The notes under the pieces were generated by a model. That model had not been told where the DNA came from. It saw only the letters and a list, made by a program, of their open reading frames with translations, and ran no database searches. A stretch of 64,000 nucleotides of DNA. It comes from Takakia lepidozioides. Lineage: Eukaryota > Plantae > Bryophyta. The DNA lies in NCBI GenBank assembly GCA_030704615.1, contig CM060732.1:8928001-8992000 (forward strand). The letters are read 5' to 3'. This document shows, piece by piece, positions 11,658 to 24,137 of this stretch (position 1 is its first letter; each line of letters starts with the position of its first letter). The position numbers and the translations under genes are program-made.

Positions 11658-13266
11658 ATGGCGGAAAACCCGAGCGCTACAGTGTACTGCCCTCCTCACG
11701 AGCATAGAGCTTCATTTCCGTGCGGAGGGGACATCTGCCGGGTGATGGAGAAATATCTATGCGTTCGATACCACCTGAAACCGGGGCCGGTTTTTTTGGA
11801 GGAGGAAAGGAAGGACTCAAACGGCGTTGTTGTCGAGAGTATTGTTGTGCTCCACGATGATTTCGGCGATGGCAGGGAATGGCGAGTTCCACCATCGGAC
11901 AACGTCATATATAGGGCTGTTGGGGACTTCATTTGCCCGCCAAATGCACCTTCTATCCTGGTGCCTTCCACGAAACAATCCGTGAATCAGAGAGTGGCTA
12001 CCTCAAAGAGAGAAGTCCGCAACGAAGTAAATCCAGAGCCGAACCCATCCATGAAGACGAGCGAGAACCGGGTTGTCACAACCTGTCCGACTCAGACGAG
12101 GTCATGGAAGTTCCGAGGTCGTCCTGGAGATCAGGCAAGTCCTCAATGGACGTCAGTGGACGAGGGAGTCATATTCCCAGCACGAGCACCGCAGTTCGAT
12201 CTATTCTTGAAATTCTGCGAGGGCTTCACATGGAGGGACACCGCTCGGAGCTGGCCGGGCTGGACTACAGCAAGTTTGCAATTAAATCGGTTATATGCCT
12301 TCCCGCAGACGTCGACGGTAATATCTTCTTTGAGTTCCCTCCTCGGACGGACTACTCGAGGGGTCCGGAATGTTGACAGATATGGATAGAAAACATGATG
12401 GTCATCCTTGGTGCGTCACCAAAACCACCAGCATGAAGATGCTCGATGGTGTGCGGGTGCGCTACGTTGTTTGTGCGGGCGCGTTGCGGTGTTTCTCCCC
12501 AACTTGCTTCCATTTTAAATCCAGAGGTCACAGGAACCAGACCGATTGGATAGGCACAGCTCATCAACCATTTCGAGCTCAGGAGAAGGTTCCGAACTCC
12601 ACATTTAAGTGTGCGCATTGCAAAGAACCACCACACTGCATGTCTGTTTGTAATGCCAAGCAGTTCTATGTGTTGCACCGTTTCCCTGACCTCACCCGAG
12701 CTTGCATACACGTTGGTTCCCATTGTCACAAATTGGCGAGGGGGAACTCGCGGAGGCTGCCCACGAGGCAGCAGCTCGTTCAGGAGGAGGTTAAGTTGAG
12801 ACCGGGTGTCAAACCCAAACAGATACAGCTCCAAGCCGCCCATAAGATGGCATTGGCCAGAATTATGTCGGAAGACGGCTCCGATAGAGTTCCTCTCAAT
12901 GAGAAGGAAATGGAGGCATTGCTGGAGTTGGTGTCCCACGTTTGTTCACCGAATGTCCGAAACCACATTGTCTCATGCAAACAGAAAATTGGGCGTGGCT
13001 CGGATATGCACTTCATTCTGGAGGTGAAGCGACGATGTGGATATGACTACATTCATGGAAGTAGGTTTCCACGACAAGGGACTGAGGCAGATCTTTGTTT
13101 CGTATTCAAAATGTCCACGTGTGGACCTGGCAGCGGCGTCGAACTGGTCGACAGGATGACAAGTGGGGACTTGTCAAACAGTTGGGTCATGTTCGACCAT
13201 ATCAAGCGAATTACAAATCACCAGTGGGTGACAATGGGTGCACATGTCTACGACACCCACTGCAGG
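11658..13266 (+). pseudogene. MULE transposase, N-terminal part (Cys/His GCM/WRKY-like Zn domain, first catalytic Asp)
   Basis: DGHPW..RYVVCAGALRC..C..CAHC..C..CIHVGSHCH, then WVMFDHIKR..WVTMGAHVYD. Reading frame cut by the LTR at 13267. Confidence 0.8.
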
Positions 13267-13989
13267 TGTCGCGCACCTCACTTCGGTAAACTCCCCTTCA
13301 AGTCATAGTTACTCGCTTTGATGCGCGCGCCTGACTCCCAACCTGGCCGCCGGGCCAACTTGGAGTTTCGGCTGCTCACCGGGACATAACGGTCCCCTTC
13401 CGCTTCCCTCTAAACCCTCCACCTATTTGGGACTAGGAGAATTCCCTTTGGTAGATGGCAGTCCGGAACAGCTCCCCACTCTTTGGTCGCTTTCCGGCTC
13501 GCTCGCTTACTCACTAGTTTTTGGTCACCAACGGGCTTGCACCGTTCTCGGGGTTACTACTCCCTATATATACTTCTGTAGCTGTCCGCGGGGGTTCCAC
13601 AACCAGCCATGCCATTTTATGGCGAACCACCACGAAAACCCTCGACTCCCGGTGGTGAGTCGCGGTGAGTCTTGGCCCGCTCACCACGGCCCCTATGGAC
13701 CGTGATGAGTCCCAAGACTCCCCACGACTCCCACCACGAGGTCTCCGCCCCATGGTGAGTCCTATGCCACCCCACTAAGTCCCACTAAGCTACCACCACC
13801 CCTTGTGGAGCCACCCCCACCGCAACCCGGTGTGCGGGGCTCCACCTAGTGAGCGCCTCCGCTTCCCTGAGTGCCTTGGGCACTCAAGGGTGCTTCACCC
13901 CCCCATACCTATCGCTGCTGCTGCCCCCACCACAGGGGCAGCCCTCATGTGTCCCGACCCTCCTGCCCTCAAGGCAAAGGGCCGCGACA
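13267..13989 (-). repeat. 3' LTR of chromovirus (723 bp)
   Basis: Near-identical to 19527-20174, apart from an ~80-bp extra block flanked by CGACTCCC. Confidence 0.95.
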
Positions 13990-14898
13990 CACACTCCTAC
14001 CAACAGGGAGTCGATGTCCTCATCGACTTGTCCATTTTGTAGAAACGAACATCCAAGTTGTGGCGTCCCACATCAAGGAGTTTTGTTTCTGTACCATGGC
14101 GTCCATGGCAAAGAACCAAACCCCACACTTGACTCTACTCTCCACTAGCTAGTTCGGCCGACTTCCTCCAAGTCCCGGCCAAGGGTGGAGCCTCTCCAGC
14201 TCCTCCCAGTGCACTCTTCTTGGCCTACTTCAAGGCCAAGGAACGATCCTCCCCGAGGATCGAATCGCCTTACTGCAACAACATTGCTTGCGATCGCTCA
14301 TGATGCCGCTTTTGGCATCACCTTGAGCAAGGGTTCACCTGGAACCCTCTTTGACTAGGAAGATAACCTTGAACCAACCGTGCGCCCCAATCACTACAAT
14401 TGGGTCCGCCTTGGAATGCTGGCCTGAGGTACGGGAACACGCCGAAGCCGCACTACGACTTCGTCCCGAGGCTACACGATTATAGTACGTGAACGGAAGC
14501 ACGTAGCTTCCGCGTTAGCCCGCACTACAAGGCAACCCCCCTCGGTAGCGCAGTTATAGTACGCGCACGCGCCAGGTGCGCACTAGCACGTGAACTCCCA
14601 AATAAGGCGCAAGTTTCCTTGCCCCTTGGATGGGAGTCACCCGATTTCGGCACTGCGCAAACACACGATTAACCCAATTTACCTCTCCCATTTTTGTAAG
14701 CTAGCATGCATTCTACACACTAGCCAACCACACCATGCATCACCATTCCAAACACAATAGGACGCATAATATTTGGAACCCATTTCCTTTATAACAAATT
14801 TTTTTGTACAATACAAGTTTTTGCAATCGGATTCCTGAGCTAGCTAAACCGGGCTAAGTATGCATTTCCTCCCCCACGCTCCAAGGTTGATGTCCCCA

Positions 14899-17800
14899 TC
14901 AACGTTTCTTCCGCTTTTGAGGTCGCCCTTCGAACGCTGCAACTGCCTCGGATGCGTTTCCCATTTCTGAGGCACGCACCCAAGATGCCTCCACAAGATG
15001 ATAGCCCTTCCATTTGACGAGATACTCCGTTTCTCGGTTCTTGAACCTCCTCGACTTAAGTATTGCCTCCACCTCGTACTCAGGTTCATTTTCATGATCC
15101 AACAGCATAGGTGGCGGACGCAACACTTGCTGCCGATTCGGACGTGCTTCATCTTTGAAGTAAGGCTTCAAAAGGGAGACATGGAATACTGGGTGCACCT
15201 TGCTGTTTGCCGGGCAGCTCCAATTCATACACATCCTCATTCATAACCCTCCGAATGCGAAAGGGACCCGCATACGGAGGTACGAACTTCGGACTCACTT
15301 CCGGAGGTAGACGAAAATTCTTGATGTTCAACCAGACTCTGTGCCTGCCTCAAACTTCACTTCCCTCCCTCCGCTTCCGATTCGCCTGCCTTTCATACCG
15401 TTTCCTAGCTTTGGCAATGTTGTACTTTGCGAGCTTCAACAAACGCTCGCGTTCTTCCAGTAGTACCGCCGCTACTGCCGGTTTCCTCAACGTCCTGGGC
15501 GGCCCAACTTGTCGGCACCAGAGGTGCTTTTCCATAGACCAACACAAAAGGGGAAACTCCCGTCGCGGAGTGTTCTGTGTTATTATAACAGAACTCTGCC
15601 GCGTCTAAGTGTTCCATCCAGTCTGATTGGTCTGCCGACACGTAATTCCGCAAGAATGCTTCACTACGGAATTCACTCTTTCCGTTTGGCCGTCCGTCGT
15701 AGGTCGGAAGGCGGTGCTCATCTTCAGCCTCGTCCCCATCTTTCCAAAGTGCTCTCCAGAATTTACTCGTAAACTTTGGATCGCGGTCCGAGACAATATC
15801 CTTCGGGACTCCATGATGCTTTAAGACGTGGGCGAAGTAAAGTCGCCCTGTCTCCTGCGCCGTTGCCGTCTCCTTGGTGGGTGAAATGGGCCATTTTACT
15901 GAACCTATCTACCACCACCATGATTGCATCGAATCCTTTTGACAGCGGCATAGCAGTCATGAAATCCATCGAGACGCTTTCCCAAGTCCCCTCTGGAATC
16001 GGCAAGGGTTGTAACAGCCCCGCTTGCTTTTTGTACTCGCTCCGGTTTTTGTTGGCATGTGGTGCATGTCTTGACATACTCCTCTGCCTCCTCCCTCAGT
16101 TTGGGCCAGAAATACTCTTTCTTCAAGAGTGTCGCAGTGCGCTTGGCTCCACCGTGGCCCGCAAGCGGGCTATCATGGCATTCTCTCAAGAGACTATCCC
16201 TGATCCCTCCCTTTGGCACATAGAGACGTTTTTGCTTATACCGGAGCAGTCCATTTTGCAAGTGGAACTGCGATTTAGCCCCCCATTCTCAAGTCTGCAT
16301 CACGCACTTTGCCAGCTCATCCTTCCGGCAAGCCTTCCGGATCTTCCTTTGGAGCGCCGTCTCGCCTTTGTACACCAACAAGAGCTGCTGCTTTCTACTT
16401 AAAGCATCGGCCACCACATTGTCCCGTCCCGGTTTGTACTGGATATCCACGTCGAACACTGCCAAAGTATCTTGCCACCTAAGTTGTTTTGGGGACAACT
16501 TGGGCTGCGTGGCAAAATACTTCACCGTGACATTGTCCGTGAACACCTTCACTGGGTTGGAACCAACATAGTGGCGCCAGAGTTCAAGGCAATGCACCAC
16601 CGCCTTCATCTCTTTTTTCGTGCGTCGGCCACCGCCGCTCCACTTCATTCAGTTTCTTACTTTCGTAAGCCACTGGACGTCCATCTTGCATAAGTACACC
16701 CCCCAATTGCGAAGTCCGATGCATCTGTATGAATCTCAAACGGACGATCGAACTCCGGGATTTTCAAGACTGGAGCTTCCGTCATCCGCTGCTTCAATTC
16801 AGCAAAAGCTTGGCCACAAAATGTGTTCCATACCCAGACTTTGGATTTACACAGAAGGTCCGACAGCGGCCCCGCGATCTTGGCGAAATTTCTCACATAC
16901 TTCCGGTAATAGGAGGCGAGTCCTAGAAAGGATCGCACTCCCGGGACCGAAGTCGGAGGCTCCCAGTCCAAGATCGCCCTCACCTTTCTGTCATCCATTT
17001 TGATCCCATCCTGTGTAATCACATGCCCCAAGAACTCCACTTTTGACCCCGAATTCGCACTTTGAAGCTTTGGCATACAGCTTCCCTTCTCGCAATTTTT
17101 GGAACACCCTTTTGAGATGCTCCAGGTGCTCCTCCTTTGTTTTCGAGTACACTAAGATGTCGTCGATGTACACGATCACAAAGTCATCCAACCACTCTGG
17201 AAAAGGCTGTTCATCAGCGTGCTAAATGTTGCTGGTGCATTGGTGAGCCCAAAAGGCATCACCAAGAACTCATATGAACCATACCTTGTCCTGCACGCGG
17301 TCTTCTCCTCATCTCCTTCTGCCACCCGAATTTGGTGATAGCCGGAGCGCAAGTCGATCCAGCTGAAATACTTCGCTCCTGCCAACCGATCGAAGAGGTC
17401 GTCGATCCTTGGCAAAGGGTACCGGTTTTTGATAGTCACCTTATTCAGAGCCCTGTAATCGACACACATCCGCAGCGTCCCATCCTTCTTGTCTGCAAAT
17501 AGCACCGGGGCTCCGTAAGGTGACTTACTCGGCCGGATGTACCCCTTTGACATTAGATCCTTGAGCTGAGTCTTCAGCTCGACCAACTCTCTTGTGGCTC
17601 AACCGGTAGGCGCCCTTGGCAGGTGGTCCCGATCCCGGTATCACCTCAATCTTGTGGTCAACTCCTCCTTCGCGTGGCAAGCCGCTTGGTAAATCCTCCG
17701 GCATCACATCCTGGTATTTCTCAAAAAATCCCTTGATCCAATCTGGGCTCGGCTCCCCATCGCCTTCTCCTTTCACTTCTCTAATGTAAAGCAAAAACTG

Positions 17801-18300
17801 GGACTCGTGTGCCTCCTCCACGGCCCACTCCTTTGCTGACAGAAGGTTTATTCGCCTCCCACGGATTTGGGCGTTTCCGACACTTGTAAAACCTCGCCAC
17901 CATTCCCACATGGCAGCGTGACTACTCTCTTGCGGCCATCTATGACCGCTCCGGATTTGCTCAAAAAGGTCATCCCTAAAATGAGATCCACTCCATCGAT
18001 CTCGCAGATAGTGAAGTTCTCACGTCCCTCCCAACTCCCCAGTTGAAGAGGAACATCAAACGCCAACCTTGTCGCCAACTGAGGTTCTCATTTGGCAGAG
18101 CGCACCTCGATAGAGGCCCCCACGTCACTTGTCGGGAGTCCCAACTTTCGCGCCGCCCACGGCGTCATGAATGAGTGTGACGCTCCTGTGTCCACCAACA
18201 ACAACGACACGTTAGTTCCGGATATTATCCCATCCACGAACAATAACTGGCTCCCTTTACGCAGGGCGCCAGTTTCCTGATACAACTCACAAGATAGTTG
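14899..18300 (-). pseudogene. pol: Chromovirus pol (protease, RT, RNase H, integrase, chromodomain), frameshifted
   Basis: LLVDTGASHSF; [19 protein letters not shown]; HTDASDFAIG; [17 protein letters not shown]; HPVFHVSLLKP; YEVEAIL..YLVKWKGY..ASW. Confidence 0.95.
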
Positions 18301-19480
18301 CCTACCTTGCAAGTCCTGGCGACTACCGCTTCCACCAAGCGACTGATGGTATCTTCCGACAGCTCCGTGGTCGCCCGAGTCATGTTCAATTGCCGGGGCT
18401 TCGTGCACTTCTTGGCCATGTGCCCGGGCTCCCCGCAATTGAAACACACTCCATCAAAAGTCGCCTTCTGTCCGCCATAAGCCGCTCCACCCACCCCCCT
18501 TTTCCTTTCGAAGCACCGGGTGCCGCCTTGACGTGTGAAGGACCTCCCTTCGATTTCCACGTGCCATTTTCGCCGCGTGGCCTATCCCACTTCTTTTCCG
18601 GTCGGGAGGAGTCACCTTCCCGCCGGGTCTTCTTGTGGTTCAGCTCCGTACGGCCTTGTCTCTCACCCTTAGGGACATCCGAGAAACATTCAGCTCTCTC
18701 AATTGCCTCGTTCAAAGTCTTGGGTGGCTTCTCCTCCAACTTCCGCCTAGCCCATGGGGCCAGTCCTGCCACAAAGTTGAAGACCATTTCTGGTTCTGCC
18801 ATGTCCGCGACTTCGAGCAACAACACATTGAAAGCCTGGACATACCCCCGAATGTCGTCTGTTTGCTTCAAATTCCTCATCTTGTCCCGGGCAAGCCAGG
18901 ATGCGTTGAGGGGCACAAACTGTCTCTTCATCAATTCCTTGAACCCACTCCAGTTCAAGGTTTCCGGGCTTGGGCTCGGTTGTGAAGGCGTTTCTGCTGC
19001 CACCATTGTTGAGCATAGCCCCTCAAATAGGTGGGAGCCACTTCCACCGATCCTCGTCACTCAACTTGGCCGCCCGGAAGTACTGCTCTAGCTCCAGGAG
19101 CCAGGTGTTGAGTGCCTTCGGTTTCGAACGCCCTCGAAGGTGCCGGGTTCCTTAGGCTTCACCTTAAACTTTGTCTTAGTGAAGTGGCATTAGCCGCCTT
19201 CAACACGTCTTTCAACGTCCCGCCAAAACTGCGCCAACAACCCTTCCCAAAAGGCTGCCGGCATGGGGAGGCATCTTGGTTTGTCGGAGCTCTCAAGGAT
19301 TCCTCGGGCTCCGACTCCTCGGATTCCTCCCCGCTCTGAGCGGCCTCGTTTTCGGAAACATTCATCGCTTCCCTCAAACGGCCGCCTCGGTGACACGTCG
19401 CCCCCGTCGGGCTCACCGGGATCATCATCTTTTGGGCCGTTCCGCTTTCGCTTCGGCTTGCCCGACCCCATGGTGAGGCC
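18225..19480 (-). pseudogene. gag: Chromovirus gag
   Basis: Retrotrans_gag-like WSGFKELMKRQF..LKQTDDIRGYVQAF and zinc knuckle CFNCGEPGHMAKKC. Confidence 0.9.
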
Positions 19481-19512
19481 AATCCCAAGGACGATCGCGT
19501 ACTGAACTCTAA

Positions 19513-19524
19513 GCTCTGATACCA
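19513..19524 (-). promoter_or_regulatory. Primer binding site, tRNA-iMet (TGGTATCAGAGC)
   Basis: gctctgatacca on +, 2 nt from the 5' LTR. Confidence 0.95.
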
Positions 19525-19526
19525 AG

Positions 19527-20174
19527 TGTCACGCACCTCACTTCGGTAAACTCCCCTTCAAGTCATAGTTACTCGCTTTGATGAGCGCGCCTGACTCCCA
19601 ACCTGGCCGCCGGGCCAACTTGGAGTTTCGGCTGCTCACCGGGACATAACGGTCCCCTTCCGCTTCCCTCTAAACCCCTCCACCTATTTTGGGACTAGGA
19701 GATTTCCCTTTGGTAGATGGCAGTCCGGAACAGCTCCCCACTCTTTGGTCGCTTTCCAGCTCGCTCGCTTACTCACTAGTTTTTGGTCACCAACGGGCTT
19801 GCACCGTTCTCGGGGTTACTACTCCCTATATATACTTCTGTAGCTGTCCGCGGGGGTTCCACAACCAGCCATGCCATTTTATGGCGAACCACCACGAAAA
19901 CCCTCGACTCCCACCACGAGGTCTCCGCCCCCATGGTGAGTCCTATGCCACCCCCACTAAGTCCCACTAAGCTACCACCACCCCTTTTGTGGAGCCACCC
20001 CCACCGCAACCCGGTGTGCGAGGCTCCACTAGTGAGCGCCTCCGCTTCCCTGAGTGCCTTGGGCACTCAAGGGTGGCTCAGCCCCCCCATACCTATCGCT
20101 GCTGCTGCCCCCCACCACAGGGGCAGCCCCTCATGTGTCCGACCCCTCCTGCCCTCAAGGCAAAGGCCGCGACA
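19527..20174 (-). repeat. 5' LTR of chromovirus (648 bp)
   Basis: Direct repeat of 13267-13989, adjacent to the PBS. Confidence 0.95.
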
Positions 20175-20919
20175 GCAGGATGCTAATGACAATTGCTATT
20201 TGTGAGATGAAAGGAGAGGACACACAATCGGAGAGCTTCTTTGGCAGGGAATAAACGAAAGATGGCCAAGGCGGGATTGCCCCCTCCCAAATTTCCGTGG
20301 TTTCATGGCGGACAACGCACAAGCAAAATTGGGCTGCCATCCGAAGGGTGTACGGGCAAGACCCCAATGTTCCATGGAAGGCAAGAGAGATCTTGGTGGG
20401 TTCCATTTTCTGCAGAGCCTTTCGCAGTAACACAACCAGGCTCGTGGCGCCAGATTTCAGAGAGGAGCACCGTTCCATGTGTCTTGCGTGGAAGCGCTCT
20501 CCCACCTTGGATGATGCAGAGACATAGTTTGCATGTATACAGGCTTGGTGGACATCGTCAGGTGCTGTAAGGAAATCAGACGAGGGAGCAATGGTCAGTT
20601 GGCTGGCATGGTGGCATTATCGTTTCCTCCAGTTCGGCGACTATATGCGGGAGGTGTTGCACGAATTCGCGTCCCGTTGAATATTATTCTTGGCATTATT
20701 TTGTAACTTGCTTGTAACCTCAACATGTGCTTGTGCAGGAAATGTTTCTCACTGCTCCGACACCGACATGCCCACGACAAACATGGCCGAATCAGTGCAT
20801 TCTTCATGGCGTGCCTCCTCTGCGGCGCATTTGGTGGACATCCTCACTGCCACAACGGAGGACATTATGAGGTCAATTATGCAGCAATGCAGGTACAACG
20901 AGTTCTTGAAAGGGAAACA
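20175..20919 (+). pseudogene. MULE transposase, catalytic core continuation
   Basis: RMLMTIAICEMKGEDTQSESFFW.., FMADNA (second Asp), NWAAIRRVYG, WLAWWH, small intron, then PTTNMAESVHSSW (catalytic Glu). Confidence 0.85.
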
Positions 20920-20920
20920 G

Positions 20921-22133
20921 TAAAAAAATCAATTCGGAAGGGAGAGAACAAACCTGTGGACACAGAAAGATCGACCACCCGTGCAGAATGCTGGCTGCAT
21001 GACTCCTGCAGTATCTGCATGAACGCTGGGGTTTTTTTCTTTGCACCTCTCCAAGGAGTGCCATCTGGTCTCTTGAGAGTCTGACTGGACTGCATGAAGT
21101 TGTACAAAATGTCATCGACATGTAGCTCATATGGGGGGTTGACGAAACAACCCTGGTCAGAAATCTCAAAGCTGCGGACGGAGGATGGTGTCTTTGAGGT
21201 GCGAATCCTCCGCAGGCAGCTCGCCTCGAACATCCTCGTCTGCCAAAGACTGCAGGTTAGGGTGCTAAACACAAACTATAGTGGAAGTTTGTACATTGGA
21301 TATTCAAAACACAGGCATACAACAATCTGTTTTGTCACGAATCTGTGATGATCGGTGTCGATCATTACAGATTCTTCTAGAGTGGAGCTGTAGAGAACAT
21401 TGAAACGCAACATGAAAGCACAAGCAGAAGGGAGACGACATACCAGCTGACAAAGACAACCCCCTTTCACAAGGTAGAGGTTGTTCACACGATTCCATGT
21501 GCGCAAAACTTCAAACCCAGAGGACTTCAGGTATGATGCCAATGCCCGACGACTATCTTTGTCACATGACTGAAAAAGCAGAAGTGTCCCTGCATCAGAG
21601 AGGAAATGTGCAGAACCTGAACACCCAACTCCAGTAGTTGTCATCGAATTTGTTCCAGCTTGGCGTTTTGCCCTTCAGAAGAACTTCTGGCACAGCCTGG
21701 CTGTTCGGGACGTCGAGAATGACCATGTCAGCCGCAATGTTTTCTGCACACCGCACACAAAGGTGGGACCAGTGCTCACCTGCAACAGACATGTTCAATT
21801 TTAGAACGAAGAGAAGAATGTTTTCAAAGAAACAAACTTTAATACTGCAAATGACACTTACAGATGCAAATGAAAGAAAATCAAATTCTCACCAGATTAA
21901 GGAATGAGATCATGTTGTCCCAGGTAGGCGAAGGCACCCTAGTGAATCCTCTCTTTCGACTCTGTATCATCGCCAGCCAACCCTCATTGACAATCTTAAT
22001 CTCTCCTACCGAATCAGAACGGGAAGGTGTGGCCTGTCATCGAACACGCACTGAATTGTGCGGGTATACCTTCCAGCAGTGAAGTCCTTTCACACTCTTC
22101 CTTTTCCTTCTCCTCTCGTTCTCTCCTTCCCCT
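20921..22133 (-). pseudogene. Inverted fragment of a third, divergent methyltransferase paralog inside the transposase
   Basis: IKIVNEGWL, ADMVILDVPNS..PSWNKFDDNYW, FLSDAGTLLLF, DDILYNF..PWRGAKKKTPAFMQILQESCS..VVDLSVSTG. Breaks off in the conserved intron after motif I. Confidence 0.75.
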
Positions 22134-23341
22134 TGTCCCGGACAGGCAGGAAATGCTGATACGGACTGCCTCCAGATCGAAGAATCCTCAGAAGTGGGCG
22201 GCGGCCTTGCGAGAAGGGCCTTCGGGACACGCCATTGCTCGAAGAGGCCAACATTTGGAAGGAGATGTTCATACCCGTCCAGTGAGATGAAGACTTGACG
22301 AGGCACCTGGGGGAAGAGGATTCATGGCGAGCTGACAAGAAATTCGCACGCTCCTCGTGGTCCCGTGATGTTGCCCGAGGAGGTCTCGTCGAGCACCGCA
22401 AGTCCTACGTTCAAGATCGCCATCTTTTGCGCACAGGGCACGTGCCCGAGGAACATAACGAGCCATCTGTAGTAACGCAGTACAACATACCCCATTGTGA
22501 AGACAAGAGTGTCGGAGTCACAGTGGAGAATTGCAAGGACATTGCTGGCATTTCGAGGGAAGTGCTGCGCCATTCGGGATACGAGAGCACGTGTGTGAGA
22601 TGATTCGGAGGAGGAACCCACACGATGTTGTACCTGCACCTGTTCAGCGGCAGAGATTTTGACTCCCACATTTGCTCACGCCACAACGTAGACGTTTTGT
22701 TCTGTAGGCACGACATAATGACTTGTGTATTTGGCAAGCCCAAATACGGGATTCAGGGAATGCCGGAGCCTCCGAGCGTCTGGCCTGTTGCACCGGGTTG
22801 CAGCCTCTCTCAGAATGAGGCGGATGCTATCTGCTGCAGCAAGATTTTGAATGGTGTTGCAACGCACAGACGTCCCGGCCCACGCATTTCCAGTTCCTCA
22901 GACCCAGCCATTGCAGACTGCTCGGTCCAGTAGAGACGGATTGGACAATTCTGCACATCCCACAATGCGATTCGGAAGAGTGAAGAGATGACATCCTCCC
23001 AAAAAGTTGAATGAGACTCGGATTGCCAATGCTCTTGGGATGGCTTTGCAATATTCAGAGCTCCGTGGATGTACCTCCACCCGGCCTTGGGGGTGTTTAT
23101 CGGATGGCAACGGCCGGCTCGGCTGTACGCGACGATGTATACACAATTACAATTGGAGCCGTACGGACTTCTCGTTGATGGAAGCAAAGAAGGGTTCAAA
23201 GTATTATCCGTGCAAGCATCTGTATACATTTACCTGAAGAGGTTGAGGATGAACGGACTATTGATGACTTTATTTCATGCACCGGCGTTGAGCGTGAACG
23301 AGCTGCACAAACTCCTCCTTAGGGATTCCAGAAATCATTGA
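22134..23341 (+). pseudogene. MULE transposase C-terminal region with SWIM-like zinc finger
   Basis: PDRQEMLIRTASRS..HLEG..DSWRADK; FCRHDIMTCV..PSVWPV; YTITIG..DF..YYPCKHLY..FIHAPALSVNELHKLL across frameshifts. Confidence 0.7.
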
Positions 23342-23499
23342 TGGGGCAAAGGGAATCCTCCATATTGGATATTTTCAATTGCATTTTCATGTATCAGACT
23401 TTTTTTTTTTGTATGTAATGAAAATGCACCCCAAAACTCCTGGAATGAGGCAATATTCCATTCAAACTGAGATCCAACAGAAGCAGTTGTGGGGCCATT

Positions 23500-23900
23500 T
23501 CTGGAAAAAAATGGCGCCGAATTTCTCTATTTTGGGCCGAAAACTGGCTAAGTCCCACATGCACTGGTACCCCGGTCTGGAAAAAATGCCGAATTTCCCT
23601 ATTTTGTGCCGAAAACTGGCTAAGTCCGAACATGCTCGGGAACGATGTCTGGAAAAATGGCGCCGAATTTCCAGTTACATGGCCTAGAACTGCCCAACAT
23701 CTGTGCAATCCCCGGCACCATGTACCGAAATTCGGCGCCACATTTCCAAATTTTGGGCTTACACACCTGTCATGAGGGGACCTATAGCCGCGGAATTCGG
23801 CACCATTTTTCGCCAGAGAGACCTATTACCGCGAAATACGTCGCGATTCTTTCCGGTTACGGACCCTATTACCGCGAAATTCGGCGCCATTTTTCCACAT
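23500..23900. repeat. Subterminal GGAAAAATGGCGCCGAATTTC / AAATTCGGCGCCATTTT motifs of inner MULE
   Basis: About 6 copies of the same motif as the 5440-6010 array. Confidence 0.8.
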
Positions 23901-24109
23901 GTCGCTGGGAATTGGCATGAGCGGAAGACGAAATATCATGAGCACAACTCTCAAAACTACAATTTCCCCTTCAAGTTGCTGAATAATATATTTGTTTTTT
24001 TCTGACACATTCCATTAAATTAATGTTTTATAATGTTTTTTATTTTCGAAATTTGTACTTCTGCTCATGAAAACCGATTGTCTTGCTACTCCGCTCATGC
24101 CGCTCATGC

Positions 24110-24128
24110 TCATGAAATAGCTAACCTC
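24110..24128 (-). repeat. Right TIR of inner MULE (followed by TSD 24129-24137)
   Basis: TCATGAAATAGCTAACCTC preceded by GCTCATG repeats. Confidence 0.85.
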
Positions 24129-24137
24129 GTATCGCCT

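Larger units (their letters stand above)
13267..20174 (-). mobile_element. Full-length Ty3/Gypsy chromovirus LTR retrotransposon
   Basis: Two LTRs (TGT...ACA). 5-bp TSD GCAGG (13262-13266, 20175-20179). tRNA-iMet PBS. Domain order gag-PR-RT-RH-INT-chromodomain. Confidence 0.97.
3083..24128 (+). mobile_element. Complete inner Mutator-like DNA transposon (~21.0 kb; ~14 kb without the nested chromovirus)
   Basis: 9-bp TSD. Imperfect 19-bp TIRs (GGGGGCTGCTATTTCATGA vs rc GAGGTTAGCTATTTCATGA, 15/19). CATGAGC subterminal motifs. MULE-type transposase on +, divergent ParB-MTase gene on -. Confidence 0.9.

Noticed and set aside
13267-13308. C-terminus CRAPHFGKLPFKS of the 312-aa ORF
   Set aside because: It is read-through into the LTR. 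The true frame resumes at 20175.
22810-23229. Minus-strand ORF as an upstream exon of the third MTase paralog (interleaved genes)
   Set aside because: The plus strand here carries the SWIM-like transposase C-terminus (PCKHLY), which explains the region better.
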